Positions 63,515 to 64,000 of a stretch of 64,000 bases of DNA are shown in pieces. The position numbers and the translations under genes were made by a program. This DNA is from Octopus bimaculoides (lineage: Eukaryota): contig NC_068999.1 in the NCBI RefSeq assembly GCF_001194135.2, positions 31,203,719 through 31,267,718 on the forward strand. Direction: 5' to 3'. How positions within the stretch are numbered: position 1 is the stretch's first letter; each line of letters begins with the position of its first letter. The notes beneath the pieces are model-generated. The model searched no databases. It worked only from the letters and a program-made list of their open reading frames with translations, and was not told the DNA's origin.

Positions 63515-64000
63515 GATTACTCCAAACATTTACCAAGTATGCTCACAGTTAGGTATTCAAAATAGGTTATTCAACAGTTAAAATACTATAATAATTCTCA
63601 TAAGAATTTAGAGTTATATTCTGTTGGATAATTCTGAATATATTACCTTAACCATATAGGTTTCCTGGAGTATATAATATCAATAATAAAAATAAGGATT
63701 ATTATGAAGTAGCATAACATTACCTTTAATTCTTTTATATATACAGCTTTACATCGACCTACACATGTTTCAACTTCATTGATTAGTAACCGTTGCAGTT
63801 GCAACCCTACTTTAATACCAGTGCAGTTTCTTCAGGGTCTTTACTTTAATATCCTTTGATTTAACTATTTAAAGTTTTTCATTTATCTACTCTGTGTTGT
63901 ATGATGTAGAGTTGTTCATTAATTTAGACACAAATTATTTTCATTCAAGTTTTCATTGGATAATCACTTATAGTCCATTATTTCAAAATATTCTGTTGTT

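Overview
AT-rich, repeat-saturated animal genomic DNA from a gapped draft scaffold, with 9 large N-gaps and four 10-N gaps. I see no rRNA, true tRNA, CRISPR array or intact long ORF. The repeat landscape resembles an octopod (cephalopod) genome; this is my inference and is not shown by the sequence. It contains tRNA-derived SINEs, two RTE-clade LINEs, Penelope-like elements (PLE), R4/Dong- and HERO-like relics, CR1/L2 fragments, mariner DD34D-type and DD37D transposons, Helitron pieces and many microsatellites. Almost all ORFs in the supplied track are microsatellite, N-gap or antisense artefacts, or TE fragments. The best host-gene evidence is the 3' end of an unidentified minus-strand gene, with phase-compatible exons at 56262-56085 and 48616-48486 (stop). 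There is also one good plus-strand exon candidate at 45473-45530. The most notable structural observations are: (1) three fold-back structures in introns of the minus-strand gene; (2) a decayed type-I hammerhead-ribozyme-like motif at about 14.6-14.7 kb; (3) Helitron 5' and 3' ends 6.4 kb apart that bracket a nested TE stack; (4) a PHD-type finger inside the RT of both RTE copies; and (5) an inverted, partly duplicated R4-like RT fragment. I found no convincing wholly new biological system; these are leads, not discoveries.
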